Below, piece after piece: positions 46,901-59,950 of a DNA stretch of 64,000 nucleotides. Below the pieces are notes generated by a model. That model was not told the origin of the DNA, searched no databases, and saw nothing but the letters and a program-made list of their open reading frames with translations. This stretch comes from Selaginella moellendorffii. Its lineage: Eukaryota > Plantae > Lycopodiophyta. A program made the translations under genes and the position numbers. Within the stretch, counting starts at the first letter, position 1, and every line of letters begins with the position of its first letter. The stretch spans positions 569,183 through 633,182 of the forward strand of contig NW_003314277.1 of the NCBI RefSeq assembly GCF_000143415.4, in the 5' to 3' direction.

Positions 46901-49900
46901 TACCCGAAGTCACATTCGCGACACTCTCCCCCCCTTGGGAAGATCGACGTCCTCGTCGATGCATACTTGAGTCTAGAATACCGCCAAGGAAACAACTCTA
47001 GAAAAAGTTCACGGTACTCACACTATGTGAGAAATGCACCAACTTAAATGAGTTAGGAGGCAACCTCTTTGTCTAACGCGGATGCGCTACCAGCTCAGAC
47101 ACCTTCCGGCCGTCGCCGACAAGGAAATGACCAACGGAGTCAGCCACCCTTGCTACTCTGGGAGTCACCCAGCTTACAAAAGTGTGATATGCCCCTGCCC
47201 GCAGGAACATAGAGAGAGAAGCCAGAAGCCCCAACCCTCCTAAGCAAAGAACCAAACCCGTCGGTAAGGTTTAGATAGACTACTGTAAACAGGCAGTTAG
47301 AGTTGTTTACACGGTCACGCCCTTTTAACGGAATAAGGAACATCGACAGAGAGGCGGGTTATGTGACCAGTCGACAGTAGCTACCCCATGACTAGAGATT
47401 TCACTATGCACACGAAGTGCCGAAGCCAGTCTGCCTATACTGGCCCAAACTCAAAGATCAATAGATGGGCAATATCAAAGTCATAAACAATGATATCTTA
47501 GAGACTTAATTATCAGTGATTATATCTTAGAGTAGAACACAAAAGTATTCTTAGCAAGTTATCATCCGATAAACTAGTATTATAGTATAGGAACCACCAA
47601 GATCATCAAAATTGGTAAACATAGGATTCACCATCATACAAAATTCAATAGCAAGTATATCATCAAGTAAACTCAACGATAAAGTTTAACTATTAAAGAT
47701 TGCAGATAGAATGCCAAACAACTTACAAAAGATAACTCAAAGAACACAAAGTATCATTGACTGATAAGCACAATGCTCGTGAATGTATCACCCGAAGGAA
47801 ATAACATCCCAATCTATCAAAACTAACTCGAGCAATAATCAACAGAATAGAATGAATGCAGTAAGACCAACAAACACTCACTTCTGCCAACTATCACAAA
47901 AGCCAATTTGAATAAATCCCAGCTAACAATACCAAGGAATTCAAGTTGCCTAAGCAAGTGTCAGCAATATCCTACTGATGTCTCAAACCTAAGAGACCAA
48001 TCCAGAGCAAACCACAAAGAACATGCGGTATTGCGAAAAGCCAAAAGCTATCAAAGAGAACAACTAACCATCATAAAAGATCATCAATTATCCCATCAAA
48101 AAGATATGCCAAATCATCGTCAAGCAAGAATCTACCATCCCGAAGAATAGCAAATAATTCCAGACCAACAATAATCAAACAAAACTTGTGATAAGGATAA
48201 TCAACTACCCTAGATGATAGTCAATCATCACCAATGATTTCTAAATGCAAATACTAACTTCATCGAAGCTAACAAGCCAAAATGTCTTCCCCAACAACTT
48301 ATAACAAATAGAACAATGAGCATAAAACTCAAAGAACCAAAAACTCGAAGAAGTCTATAGCCAAGTCTTGTCTAACAATGATCACAAGTCTCGCATGGAC
48401 TAACGTCAATGCTAAAGAAGAAATCATGGTACAACCCACAATATCCTCCTCAACACATCTATTAGCTAAACTTCATAATGCCAAAGCTAATGAAGAGCAT
48501 ATCTGCATCAATCCAAAAGCTAAGCATAACAAAGTTATGCTCAACAAGTGATCATCAAACGATCCTCCATGAATCCATCTATAGCAAGACGTAACTCACA
48601 TCATAACAAGCACAAGAAGAATCATCAATGATTGATATATTCCAACTCAAATCCAATAAGGATTCAAATATTCCAATATCAATCACTAACTCTTCATCTT
48701 GTAAAGCTAGTGTTATCCACGACTAAATCACTTTTCAAGGAAAAGCTGAAGCTCAACCCCTACTAAATAACCTTGTTTAGAACACAACTAACTCAAACTT
48801 GCCACTTAGTTCATTTGAACGTCAACATAGTTGCGAACTAGCAAATGTACGAATGCCAATAACACAAAGCCATAGCCAAATCATCAACACTATCTTCATT
48901 AAGACTAATGAAACTCGACATCAATCTTGCGGAGAGACATCTCATTTCACTGAAATCTCAACATCAACAATGTCAACGACAAGGCATCACCTCAGTGCCA
49001 CCAACACTAGAACAAAGCTAGAAGAAAGCACGAGTGTATCACCACTCAAAGCTCTCTAGCAACCAAGCTAACCAAGGTCGAAGATACTTTAGTTAGTATC
49101 CGAGACCAATCCTTTAGCAAAACTCAGTTACAGATAACACATCCTCAAGGAGTGAATCACCACGTCCAAGACTCAATGAAATCCAACACTATGAACTAAA
49201 CGCAACCAAATGATATCGACAGAGATAGAGTCAATATGCCAACATGGAAAACCCATATAAGTCTAACGACACGATCCTCCGCAACCCCATTTGGTAAAAA
49301 AAACCTATCACTGCTAAATCATCATTGAGTGAAGCAAGTGTTAAAAGTCCTTGATGAAGTCTACAAGTAGTCACTAGTTGCAAAGCAACTAACAATCACT
49401 CCTCAACTTGCCTTCATAAGACCCAACACTAAACTCATGCCATTGAGTCATATACTTGACCAACATGAACGTAATACCCCAGATATGAGATAAAGGTTCA
49501 TGGACAAGCACGAACTAAATGACCACTCGAATCCAACTCAACTGCGATAAGCTCACCAATGCATTTAGCCACTAGCTCTGAGCATGCCTTGAAGAGGCTA
49601 GCTATGCATGATCATCACTCAGTCGAAACTAAAGTGAAGACCATGAGATGGACTCATATCGGTACACAACCTCCTCATAGACAAAGCTACAGTACGGGTA
49701 CCAACATCTCAAACTCAAACAACTAAGTTGAACATCACCATCCTCAGCCAAGGCACAGGGCCACCAAGACCAAGTCAAGATTAGTGAGAGCTCACTACTC
49801 TCATAGAGTCTAACGAAATGCAAAGTGCAACCTGCCACCAAGCATAACGCTATAAAAGAAAGGCACAAGGGTCACCTTTCTAGAAAAGTGCAACGGCCAC

Positions 49901-52900
49901 TTTTCTACATTAACCCCAGACTCTATCCAACTCAATTGCAATAGCCCCAAAAGTCAGCATCCCTTTCGGGCCGCATCATACAAACTACATACTAAGGTCT
50001 AAGCTAACCGAAGTCAACTCCAACCCCTTCACTAGTTTGTATTGGCTTACGAAAACGGAATGGTTTTCGGACAAAGTGATAACAGATCAGCCATTGGAAA
50101 AGTCTAAGAAAATTTGTGAAAAATTTTCCATCCTAGAGAAAGAATGACTCTCAGTCCAGGAATACAAACTTTTAAGACTCAACCAACTTCCTCCTACTAA
50201 CAACTTCACATAGGTTCACCTCAACACAAATTCTCATGACCCATAGTATGCTTAAGCCTCGAACATCTTTTTGCCCATTCTTTCGACATCCAACACCGAT
50301 ATCCGTAAAATGCAAATGGAACATCCAAGGTTTGATCACGAAGACCACATCTTCGGATATCCATATTGCACTAACACTCTTCTTCAACCACTTTCAAGAT
50401 CCAATGTGAAGCTAAAACACTAACAAGAAAAATGACATGGAAAATCAAGCTCTAAGGAAAATTCCTTATCACTCGAAGTAACAATGCCACTTCCACTAAC
50501 ACAAGTGCTAGTGATGTCAATGCCCCAACTACACATCTTCTCCATCCAACAATCTACTCTAAGTGTTAACGGACCAACCGATGAGTTATAGCAAATGAAT
50601 ACTACAACCCTTTCCAACACCTTATGGGCAAACTTAAGGAAACAAAGAACCAACTTAAGCTTTAGCATAATGGACCACCATCGAGAATCTAGTCAAAGTT
50701 ACTACAATGCTACTTTATGTAAGTAGACTAGCTTCTCCATCAACCACTTTGGGGTTGATCATCATTCAACCAAGCAACTTCGTAAACACATTGCTCATTA
50801 TCACATGGATATGATATAAAAATCACAATGACTTGATCATCAATTGAGCAACACCACGAACAATGCCAATGTCATTACTTCAAAGGTTTACATGAATATC
50901 AAGTGCCAACTCAACTTGACAGAATGCAACATAAATGCCACACTCTACCGATAGAGATTTACAACACCCAACACCACTAACTTTTGTTCACAACACCGAC
51001 AAGCTCATGCCACTCTCTTTCCGACCAAACTCAACACTAATCCAACACCAAGCTACTCAAGGAACAATAGCAAGGTTCCCCAGAAAAGAATTGAGCATTG
51101 CAACCTAAGTCTTCCGATAGCAAGTCTAAACAAAATGGTTTAGCGTTTCACCGCTATCCATCCCATGACTCACCATTTGTAAGACCATCATTTCCAACAT
51201 GCATCAAGATAGGGACTCTTGATTGCATAATGTGAATACGAGCAATGAGTGAACACCTCGTTGCAAATCATCTCTCCAAGAGAAGAAGATGATTTACGTG
51301 TTTGATCCTTCGTCCCCGATGACTCTCTTTTCGGTCTCATCTTTGACCAAACCTCAAGCTTGCTTTCGCACTGCCTTCAGTCCAATCCAAGAAAAGTTTA
51401 TGAGAGAGCACGGCAATGATTACTTGAACCAATAGACTAATCCCTATAATCTTGATTGATCCACTTGTAATCATGCCTAGGAAGGATCCACTAGTGCCGT
51501 GCTTAAACAGCTACGGACCAGCCTATTTGCCACTCATAGCAAACCCAGGGAAGGTTTGCTTTTACCCACGGTACATGGAACAACTCATAGAACCACCGCT
51601 AGGCTTACATTAATCCTGCCAACTCAAAGCGTATCCTCGAGTTGCTAATGTGCCTCACTCACGAGCCCAAGCTCAAACTCGTGCGAACGGAACAACTCAA
51701 TCCCTCTTGTGAGCCCAAGCTCTAGCTCACATTATTAGGTACAAAAGGTAACCAAAACCATACCCAAGGAACGATTGCGAAGCCATTGCACCAAACGTGT
51801 ACCCACTCAGATCATCGTTTTCATCTCTGCGTATGCAACGAGACTAGTTGCCCAATCTCATTGAATAGTACTCGCTGAGACTCATTCTCTGATACCAAAT
51901 GTAGCGCACGTGGTTTTGACCCTTTATCCTATGGTGATTTACCATAGGATAACACCACGAAGCGGAACCTAAACCCTCTTTGTGCCACGTGACAGATGCC
52001 ACGTGTCACATGCCACGTGTCCATGCCACGTGTCCACAGGAACCCGAGGTTCAGGGCCTTGGGCCACTGAACGAAGGAACGGTGCCAAACTCCCAAGCAT
52101 GGAGCCCAGGAGTGACGGAACCGAACCACGGAGCAACTCCCGAGCATAAAGCCCAAGGAGCGAACGGACAGGAGCCCGGAGCGACTTGGAACAGTCCTGG
52201 AGCAACCAGCATCCCAATGCCAGGACCAGCACACAAAACGGAGCCAAACGGAGTCTGGCGCTATTTCGGCATACTGGTGGCCTAACGCAAGGATATGGGT
52301 ACTCCACCAACTAGCATGGAATGGAACTTGGGCTTAGACCCAAGCCGGACGCAGAACAAGGACAGGCACGCAAGCGGGAGCTAGACTATGCCTCAGGTTG
52401 GTCGGCCATGCCCGACCTACCCACTATCCCTACTATACATTTGGAACCCCCCACAGCCCCCCCCCCCTTGAGGAACACACGCTTTGGGCTTTCACCCCAA
52501 GCCTCCCTTAGTATCAGGAGTTAGTCTCTGGGACAAGCTCGAAACTTACTAAATATGGAATGTCCCTAGATTGCGAATTTGGACATGGGACGAACACCAT
52601 TGTGTTCAGGACAATCTCTACATTCCATAGATATGCCAAATGAGCAAATCTGGACACTTTCCATAAATAGCATTTGGGACCGAAATGAGACTAACACAAA
52701 GGGCATGATAGCGAGGGTGTTTGGCAGACACGGTAAGCTATCATCCGGCGACATTGAGGGACCAATCTCAATACGCGAGGGTTCTTGTCACTAGCCAGTG
52801 CAAGACAAAACGAGACGGGAACTCCTTACCGGGCTAAGTATGCTTAGCTAATAACACGTAGGAATTCCGTCCTTATGCTCGTCCGGTCTAAGTACACTCG

Positions 52901-53654
52901 AAATGCCCAGTTAACTCCACTAGCACAAGAGGGACTGATAAAGGGTCCAGCAATACCGACCTCCTGCCATCGTGGCAGTAAGGTAAGAGTGTCCGTAAGG
53001 ACTAGCCGACAGGTAACTTTCGATACCCGAAGTCACATTCGCGACAGGAGACCAGAAAGTTTCCAGTAACCTCATGGAGTTCTTTTGGTTTAGAGATGCC
53101 TCATCTACGTCGCATGGCTCTCCAGATTTTAAGCCAAGTTGTTTGCGCTTCTCCATGCGAGAGGAATTGGAGTTCATGGAGCTTGATACAAACAAAGTGC
53201 AGGTCCTGCTTGCTTCCCAAAAATGCTGAGAAGTTGGTTTACATTCACACAAACTTGCGGGTTGCTTAGAAGCTGGAGAGTGAAGGTTTGAGGATGTTGG
53301 AGATTGATATAGACAAGCTGGAGTTGGAGCCTCATTAGAAGAGGATTTTGGATCTACAAGAAGCTTTTGAGGAACCAAATCAGGCTGCTGAGGAGTTTAG
53401 CATCGATGAAGGAATGGAAGATGATTCAGAATCAGAAGACGACTAAAACGGCTTCTTCTTTCATTTGTTTTACTATGTTATTCGGTTATGTTTTATAAAA
53501 TTAATATTAGATTATAGTGTCTTTAGTAAATATTAGTGTTTTCTTAATCATTTTAGGCTTTAACATGTAAAAGTTGGATTGTCCTGAAAAAACGTTCTAA
53601 ACGGCATTCAAACGTCGACACGTTGGAACGTTTGCATGTCTAGCTGCAACTATG
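43949..53654 (+). mobile_element. hAT DNA transposon (DUF659-type transposase, pseudogenised), split by an LTR element
   Basis: TIR CATAGTTGC...GCAACTATG; 8-bp TSD GTTCGAAA (43941-43948, 53655-53662). Motifs GCTIVTDGWSD, QVVMDNASN and CVCHIMDL. The dimerisation motif ASPCERNWS resumes after 53051. Confidence 0.93.
45792..53046 (-). mobile_element. Young non-autonomous LTR retroelement (LARD-like) with ~5 kb non-coding interior
   Basis: LTRs 45792-46923 and 51900-53046 are nearly identical; TSD GGAGA. PBS TGGTATCAGAG at 51887-51897 and PPT AAGGGGGGGGAGAG next to 46923. No ORF of 90 aa or more in the interior. Confidence 0.92.
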
Positions 53655-56110
53655 GTTCGAAATCAACACGTTCGCTGCAACAACTCTTGCCAATCATGCC
53701 ATCGCCCAATCCGGACTCGAACAACTCGACAACATTATCGAAGAAATCATTCCTGAAAAACCTGAGTATCCGAAACTCTTCATCGAACTCCATCTCGGCA
53801 CCAGCAAGTGGAAGACCAATCTGCATACTGCACCAGCAAACTCGACCCCACATAACTCGATTAAACACAACCCAACCCAACATGCACCACTGTCGACATT
53901 TGCACCAAAAAGAAAGAACAAGCTCACAACAACTTTATCAACAATTGACCTGCCACCAGTCTTCCTGAAGTTCTGCCAGAACTGCATGACCGACTGCAGA
54001 CACGAATCTGACACCGACAACAAGTAGAAGAATGCATGCATCCAAAACCAAGAAGAACATCCAGCAAGTCGAAAGAAGACCGACAACAGCTTATCTGATG
54101 TTTAGATAGAGATTTGAAGAATTTAGAAACAAAGAGAAAGAAAGACAAGAGAAGTTGAATCAACTTATCCAACCCTCCAAGAGAGAGAATTACATCTGCC
54201 ATGAATTGTTACCACAAGCTATCTCCGACGAACCAGTCTCAGACATCCGTGAAGAATACGATGACTATACAACACCACTGAACACACCACTGGCAGCACC
54301 CTTGACAGCACCCACCAAAGTGCCTGAGCCTGAACCAACACCCTTGACGGCACCCACCGAAGTGCCTGAGCTTGACCAAACATTCGAGCAGTCGACACAG
54401 ACTATGCCCGAGCAACAAAACATTTTTCAAGCAGCATACAACCACTTCAAAGGTACATTCACCAACCCCATCTACAATGACGACGAACGACCAAGTTTCC
54501 CGCCCGGCTTCACAGACTTCACCAGACCAGCACCATTTTTGCCATATCGACCAATCTTCACAACACCAATATATCCCACATTTGCTTCCAACATCTACCG
54601 AAGCCCACTATTAGCAAGACCTTTCAAACACGCTTTCGACTTCAACACGCCGACAAGACAACAACTTGACTTCACCCACTACAGTCGAACTCCGATATAC
54701 CCAGTCAACAGCAGTAAAGACGAACAACCCGAATCATCCAATAGTCAAGCACTCAACGAATAAGTCAACAACTCACACCAAGCTGCCGAACAGCTACAAT
54801 CATCCAACAACAACGAGATCGACAAACCAATTGTCGACAACAACAATCTTCCATAGCAACCACAATCACCACACAACTATACGTTCGAAGAACACTTGGA
54901 CAATTTAGAAGAACAACCACAACCAGCACAACATAACTCCGACAAGTACGTCGACAAAAAGTTCAAGCACCATCTTCTGGAAATCAACACTGGCAAGCAA
55001 CCCGACACCAACGACAACGTCGACGACACACCTGAAAACAGTCCCAACACAAAAGAAAAAACAGAGAAGAGTCCACTAAACAACAACAACAATTCACCAC
55101 CTTCCTCCTACACCGACTTTGCCGTCGACCCCGACAACCCCTTGCTCCAAATCACCTTTGGACTCCACAGTGAGAACCCAACAAAACAACCTCGACAATA
55201 CCGACATTACAACCAACAACAAATGGCAGTCACTACCACCGTTGCCAACATACCGTTGGAAGACACATCTCCTATCCCCTATTTCATTGTCTCAAATCGG
55301 AAGATGTTGAGAAACATGTCGAACAGTTCCAAGAAGCAATCTACATCAACAGCCAGACAACCGAACTCCCATACTACTTCCGATGTACCCTTTGAAAGAG
55401 AGCCAACGAATGGGCTCAAACGCTTCCTCAAAATACAAGTTTCGATGACCTCACACTCAAGCTCGTAGACCAATTCAAGTCTTCCCTCACTCAAAGCCAA
55501 CGACTACACAAGATCCAGAAACTCAAGCAGAAGTCTGGTCAATCCATCGACGACTACACTCAAACCTTCACTCGACATGCCAGTAAATGTGGCAACAGTG
55601 CCACTGAAACTTTACTTTACCAATGGTACATGCAAGGCCTCTAACGATCCTCCGAGAAGCGGCAACACACATCAACATCACCACTTACCTCGAACTAGCA
55701 AGAGCCCTTCAACATGTTCAAGCTCGACGAATGACAGCACAAGTTGATGATACGGACAACTCAGATTCTGACAGTAGTTCAGACGACGACTCCGACGATG
55801 AACTCGGAGAGAGCACCAAGTCAAAACTTTGGAAACTTAGGAAAACAATCAACAAGCTCAAGGGAAAAGCCAAGGCCGACATCAAAGAATTTCGATCTAG
55901 AATTTGGTGTACTAAGTGCAAGAATGAAGGACATCCAGCAACTGACCGCAAGCTCCAAATCTCCAAATGCCAGATCTGTGCCAAAGAAGGTCATGATGCC
56001 AAGACTTGCAGATTTCAAAATTCTGCAGAAGTTCGACAAATCTCAAACTATCCCTGACAGTAGTTTCGACAACCATATCCAAATCAATACTTTGACAATT
56101 ACCAGGCACC

Positions 56111-57263
56111 TGTAAGGAACCAACTCGCCGAGGTGTCGTAGGCTAAAGGAACCCCGAAAGCATGACCAAAATGACAAAGAGTTCATTGGATGGGACCAAG
56201 TTGAGATCGAGTCCAAGACCGACTCTAGGACCGAGTTCGAGATAGAGTCCGGAATCGAGTCCGAGACCGACTCGGGGACCGAGTTTGAGTCCGAGTTCGA
56301 GACCGAGTTCGAGACGGAGTCCGAGATCCGAAATCGGGTCCGAGACCGAGTCCGAGGTCGAGTCCGAGGTCGGGTCCGAGATCGGGTCCGAGATCGAGTC
56401 CGAGATCGAGTCCGAACCCGAATCCGAAGTCGGATCCGAAATCAGGTCCGAGATCGAGCCAGAGACTAAGTCCAAATACTAATACGGGTCAAGGGGTGAA
56501 AGCCCAAAGCGTGCGTCTCCCAGGGGGGGGGGGGGGGGGCTGCAGGGGGTTCCAAAAGTATAGTAGGGATAGTGAGGTCCAGGAACCAGTTTTGAAGGGA
56601 CTCTCCAGTTAGGCTTCCAAACCGACTTGAGGTTGGGACTGGGACCGAAGGGCCTTGGGTGGGAGTGAGCATGGACTTGGCTGGTGCCGGAGGGGCCATC
56701 CAAGGAAGTGCTCAAGAGCAGCTCCCACTCCCGAAAGGGAAACCAATTGCGGTGCTCCCGGCTCATGTGGAGTGGTGCCCCACTTGAGTATCAGGCGGCT
56801 CATTGATCCTCGCCCTTCCTAGGGGCTTGGGCCTTCCTTCGGGATGGAAGTGGGGGGCGAGAGGTACCCATACCGGGCCGCTAGGCCACGGTGTTTCGCC
56901 CCGGCGTCCCGAAGCAAGTGTTGCACTCAAGACTTGGGATTTAGAGGGTCCCATGATCAAGTCTTGTGGTACTAAGGGATGTTAGGAACCTGGAAGCTTG
57001 GTGTGCTTGGCTGCTTGTGCTTGCGGGGAGTGTAGCCGAACCTTAAGTCCAGTCTAACCCGAGGAGGGGGATTGAGAGTGATTTGGGAATCCGTGGAAGG
57101 ATGGCTAACACTCCATTGCTCGTGCAGTGAGTAGCTGAAACCAAGTAGGAGTTGGTACCATAGGCGAAAACCTTGGCAAGGGAACTTAGCAAAAACCAAG
57201 GCAGTGTCGGATGGATAGACGAGGTAAGCTGGCAAATTGGAAAGGAAAAATTTGTGGCTTACA
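56111..57263 (+). mobile_element. Solo LTR inserted in Gypsy gag
   Basis: Termini TGTAAG...CTTACA; TSD GCACC (56106-56110, 57264-57268). Orientation inferred from the block shared with the LARD LTR. Confidence 0.88.
56205..56470. repeat. 6/12-bp CpG-rich tandem array inside the solo LTR
   Basis: Repeated GAGTCCGAGATC/GAGTTCGAGACC-like units. Confidence 0.85.
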
Positions 57264-58507
57264 GCACCACCTCTGACAAACTGGAGACTGCCGAGAAACA
57301 ACTTCCAACACCAGATTCGACAATGGAATGATCAACCTTGCTACAACAATTACAACAATTACAACAATGACTACAACAACTACAACGATCGACAATACCT
57401 GCCGAACCGGAACTACCTGGCAAATTGAGACAACTACAACCAAGGATACCAACAATACCCAAGATACCAAAACCGAAGATACCAAGGCCAAGGTTATCAA
57501 GACCAGGGCTACCAAGGCAACTACAACAACCGACCATGGCAACCTCGACTTCAAAACCAAGGCAGTCCGCCGAGACTTGGTCCGCCACCTCCTCGACAAC
57601 AAGATCAGAACCAGCACCGACCACCAACAACAAGGATGGTCGAGACCAATAAACTACCTTATGCCAACAATGATGACTCAGATCCTCAAGTCATGGCAGT
57701 ACAAACCTGAGCACAAATTTGAGCAGAAAAACAACAACAACCGGACAGAGATTCCGGAGATAGTGAAGAGAAGGGCCCAGAGAGCCTGACAAAACTCCAG
57801 GAATGGAAAAAGAAGCAGAAGTTAGCTGCCAAGATACAACAGCAACTCACTCTACAACCACCTGAGTTAGTGATTTTAGACTCCGACAATGAAGCTCAAC
57901 CATCACCAGCTCGACAACAATGCCAAGACTCAATACCAGAAAACTGACAGAAAAATTGTCCGACATCGACACCGACACCACAACACAATCTGGCAAACTT
58001 CAAGGAAATCCAAGAAGTAGCAGAGACTATCCTCAACCAAAATATTCAGATCACCGTCGGCCAACTGCTGAAGATTGCACCCTACCTCACCAAACAACTC
58101 ACCGATCTGACATCTGCACCGACTAACACTCTGACAGACTCGCCCAAACTCAACCTGACATGGACAGCTGTCGACACATTTCAAACCGAGATTCAACCAG
58201 GCGATTGCGACAATGATGTTCTGACAATCGACCTACTCGACAAACACCTTGTTTGCGGAGCCATAATTGACAGCAGCTCCAGCATCAATATTATTGAAGA
58301 AAGTCTTGTTCAACAACTCAACATCGGCCCAATCCACCCAGCACCTTTTAATGTCTGAATGGCCGACCAAGGCATCAAACTTCTTCCAAAGAAGAAACAC
58401 TTGTTCACTTGGAGTTACCGAGACCTTAAGGGAGTTTCACCAACACTTAACCTTCACACCATCACCCTTCTTCCAGACTCAAACCGAGAAGACAAGCAGC
58501 CTACAGG

Positions 58508-59167
58508 ATGAATCCGAATCTGATGGAACAAGTAAAGAAAGAACTCGACAAGCTTGTCCAAGTCGAGTACATCTACCCGATTCAGAATCCAATCTGGCTT
58601 TCCCCACTGGTGGTTGTGCCCAAGAAAAACGGCAAACTTCAAATCTATGTCAACTATAAACAGCTCAATGATGCCACCGAAAAATATGTCTTCCCAATAC
58701 CATTTACTGACGAAGTTCTTGATGCAGTTGCCGGATACGAGATGTACTTCTTCCTCGACGGTTTCTCCGGCTACAACCAAATTCATATTGCTAAAGAAGG
58801 TCAGCACAAGACAGCATTCGTCAGTCCATGGGGAGCTTATGCTTACCGACAAATGCCTTTCAGACTCTGCAATGCCCCATTCACCTTCCAAAGACTTGTC
58901 ACCAACACTTTTCGAGACTACCTCACTGATTTCATGAGAGTCTTCATGGACGACTTTAGCGTTTTCAGCTCAGAAGATCGACATCTTGAATGCCTTGAGA
59001 AATGCCTCGACAAGTGCGAGGAGAACAACATAGCACTCAACCCCAACAAATGCGCTTTCTTCATCAAATTTGGAGTACTTCTCAGCCACGTTGTCTGCAA
59101 AGATGGCATTCTTATCGATAAGGACAAAGTTGACGTCATCTCCAAACTCGAACCGCTGAAGAATTAG
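58508..59167 (+). pseudogene. Reverse transcriptase domain of the Gypsy element
   Basis: WLSPLVVVPKKNGK, LDGFSGYNQIHI, MPFRLCNAPFTFQR and VFMDDFSV; stops follow. Confidence 0.92.
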
Positions 59168-59748
59168 AAAGAACTCCGACGCTTCCTCGGCAAAGTTGGA
59201 TATCACTGACGCTTCATCCACAAGTACGCTCACATCGCCAAACCACTCACCGATGGACTAAAGCAAGATGCCCAATGGACATGGATGTCCAAGCAGCAAC
59301 AAGCGATGGAGATTGACTATGTTCACACCAAGGACAGTGTCTAGTTCTATCAGGGGAGCAGAGTGTATCAACCAAAAACCCAGGCTCAGGGAACTCCAAC
59401 CTTGAACCCAGGCTTGCATCGGAGATCATGCACAGCATATAGTATATGCTGGCAGTTAGAACTGCTAGCCTTTCAAAAGAGGGAATCCAAATTGTGAATC
59501 TCTATCTTCATTCATTATTTTTTTTATTAATACATAGCATTCTTTCACTCGTCCTTCTTCTTAGCCTTTAGAGATCGGGCCCTTTTCTCTTTTGTTTTCT
59601 TACTAACAATAGATTTCCAGTGAAGAGGAGTATCCACACCTCTTCACTTTCTCTTGGAAAAATATTTGATCTAAGCAAGAATCCTAGTAAGAAGCGCTTT
59701 CTTTTGGTGATCCTCTCTGGCTCATAATTTTTTTCCCGCTTTCTCCAG

Positions 59749-59950
59749 GGCTTATGGATAGATCAAGCTACTCCGGCTGTTTGCCACAGCTTTTCTTCGA
59801 GATCTTTGGCTGTGACTTGGGGAAGCACCGCAGAATACTGGGAATGGTCCTCAAAGCATGGTGCCAGATACTTAAGTGGCGCACCTCAAGATGGTTTGCT
59901 GGCTAGAGCTCTCTGGGAACAGGAAGTTGAGCCTAGCTCCAGGAACTAAG
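59749..59950 (+). pseudogene. Phloem protein 2 (PP2)/F-box-PP2 lectin domain fragment
   Basis: LWIDQAT..CHSFSSRSLAVTWGSTAEYWEW / VAHLKMVCWLELSG...LAPG, with one frameshift. Confidence 0.68.

Larger units (their letters stand above)
42439..59646 (+). mobile_element. Ty3/Gypsy LTR retrotransposon, decayed, with RNaseH/integrase deleted; contains nested elements
   Basis: LTRs 42439-42716 and 59364-59646 (TG...CA). TSD CTTTC at 42434-42438 and 59647-59651. PBS-like TGGCAACCACGG; PPT AGGGGAGCAGAG. Gag knuckles CTKC..GH and CQIC..GH..C; RT motifs LDGFSGYNQI and FMDD. Confidence 0.92.

Noticed and set aside
45682-46970. Short ORFs repeated at 51929-53069
   Set aside because: They lie in the LTRs; their recurrence simply reflects LTR identity.
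51887-51899. tRNA gene
   Set aside because: Only a primer-binding site complementary to the tRNA-iMet 3' end.
56143-56482. Ser/Glu-rich repetitive proteins
   Set aside because: Translations of a 6/12-bp tandem array inside a solo LTR.
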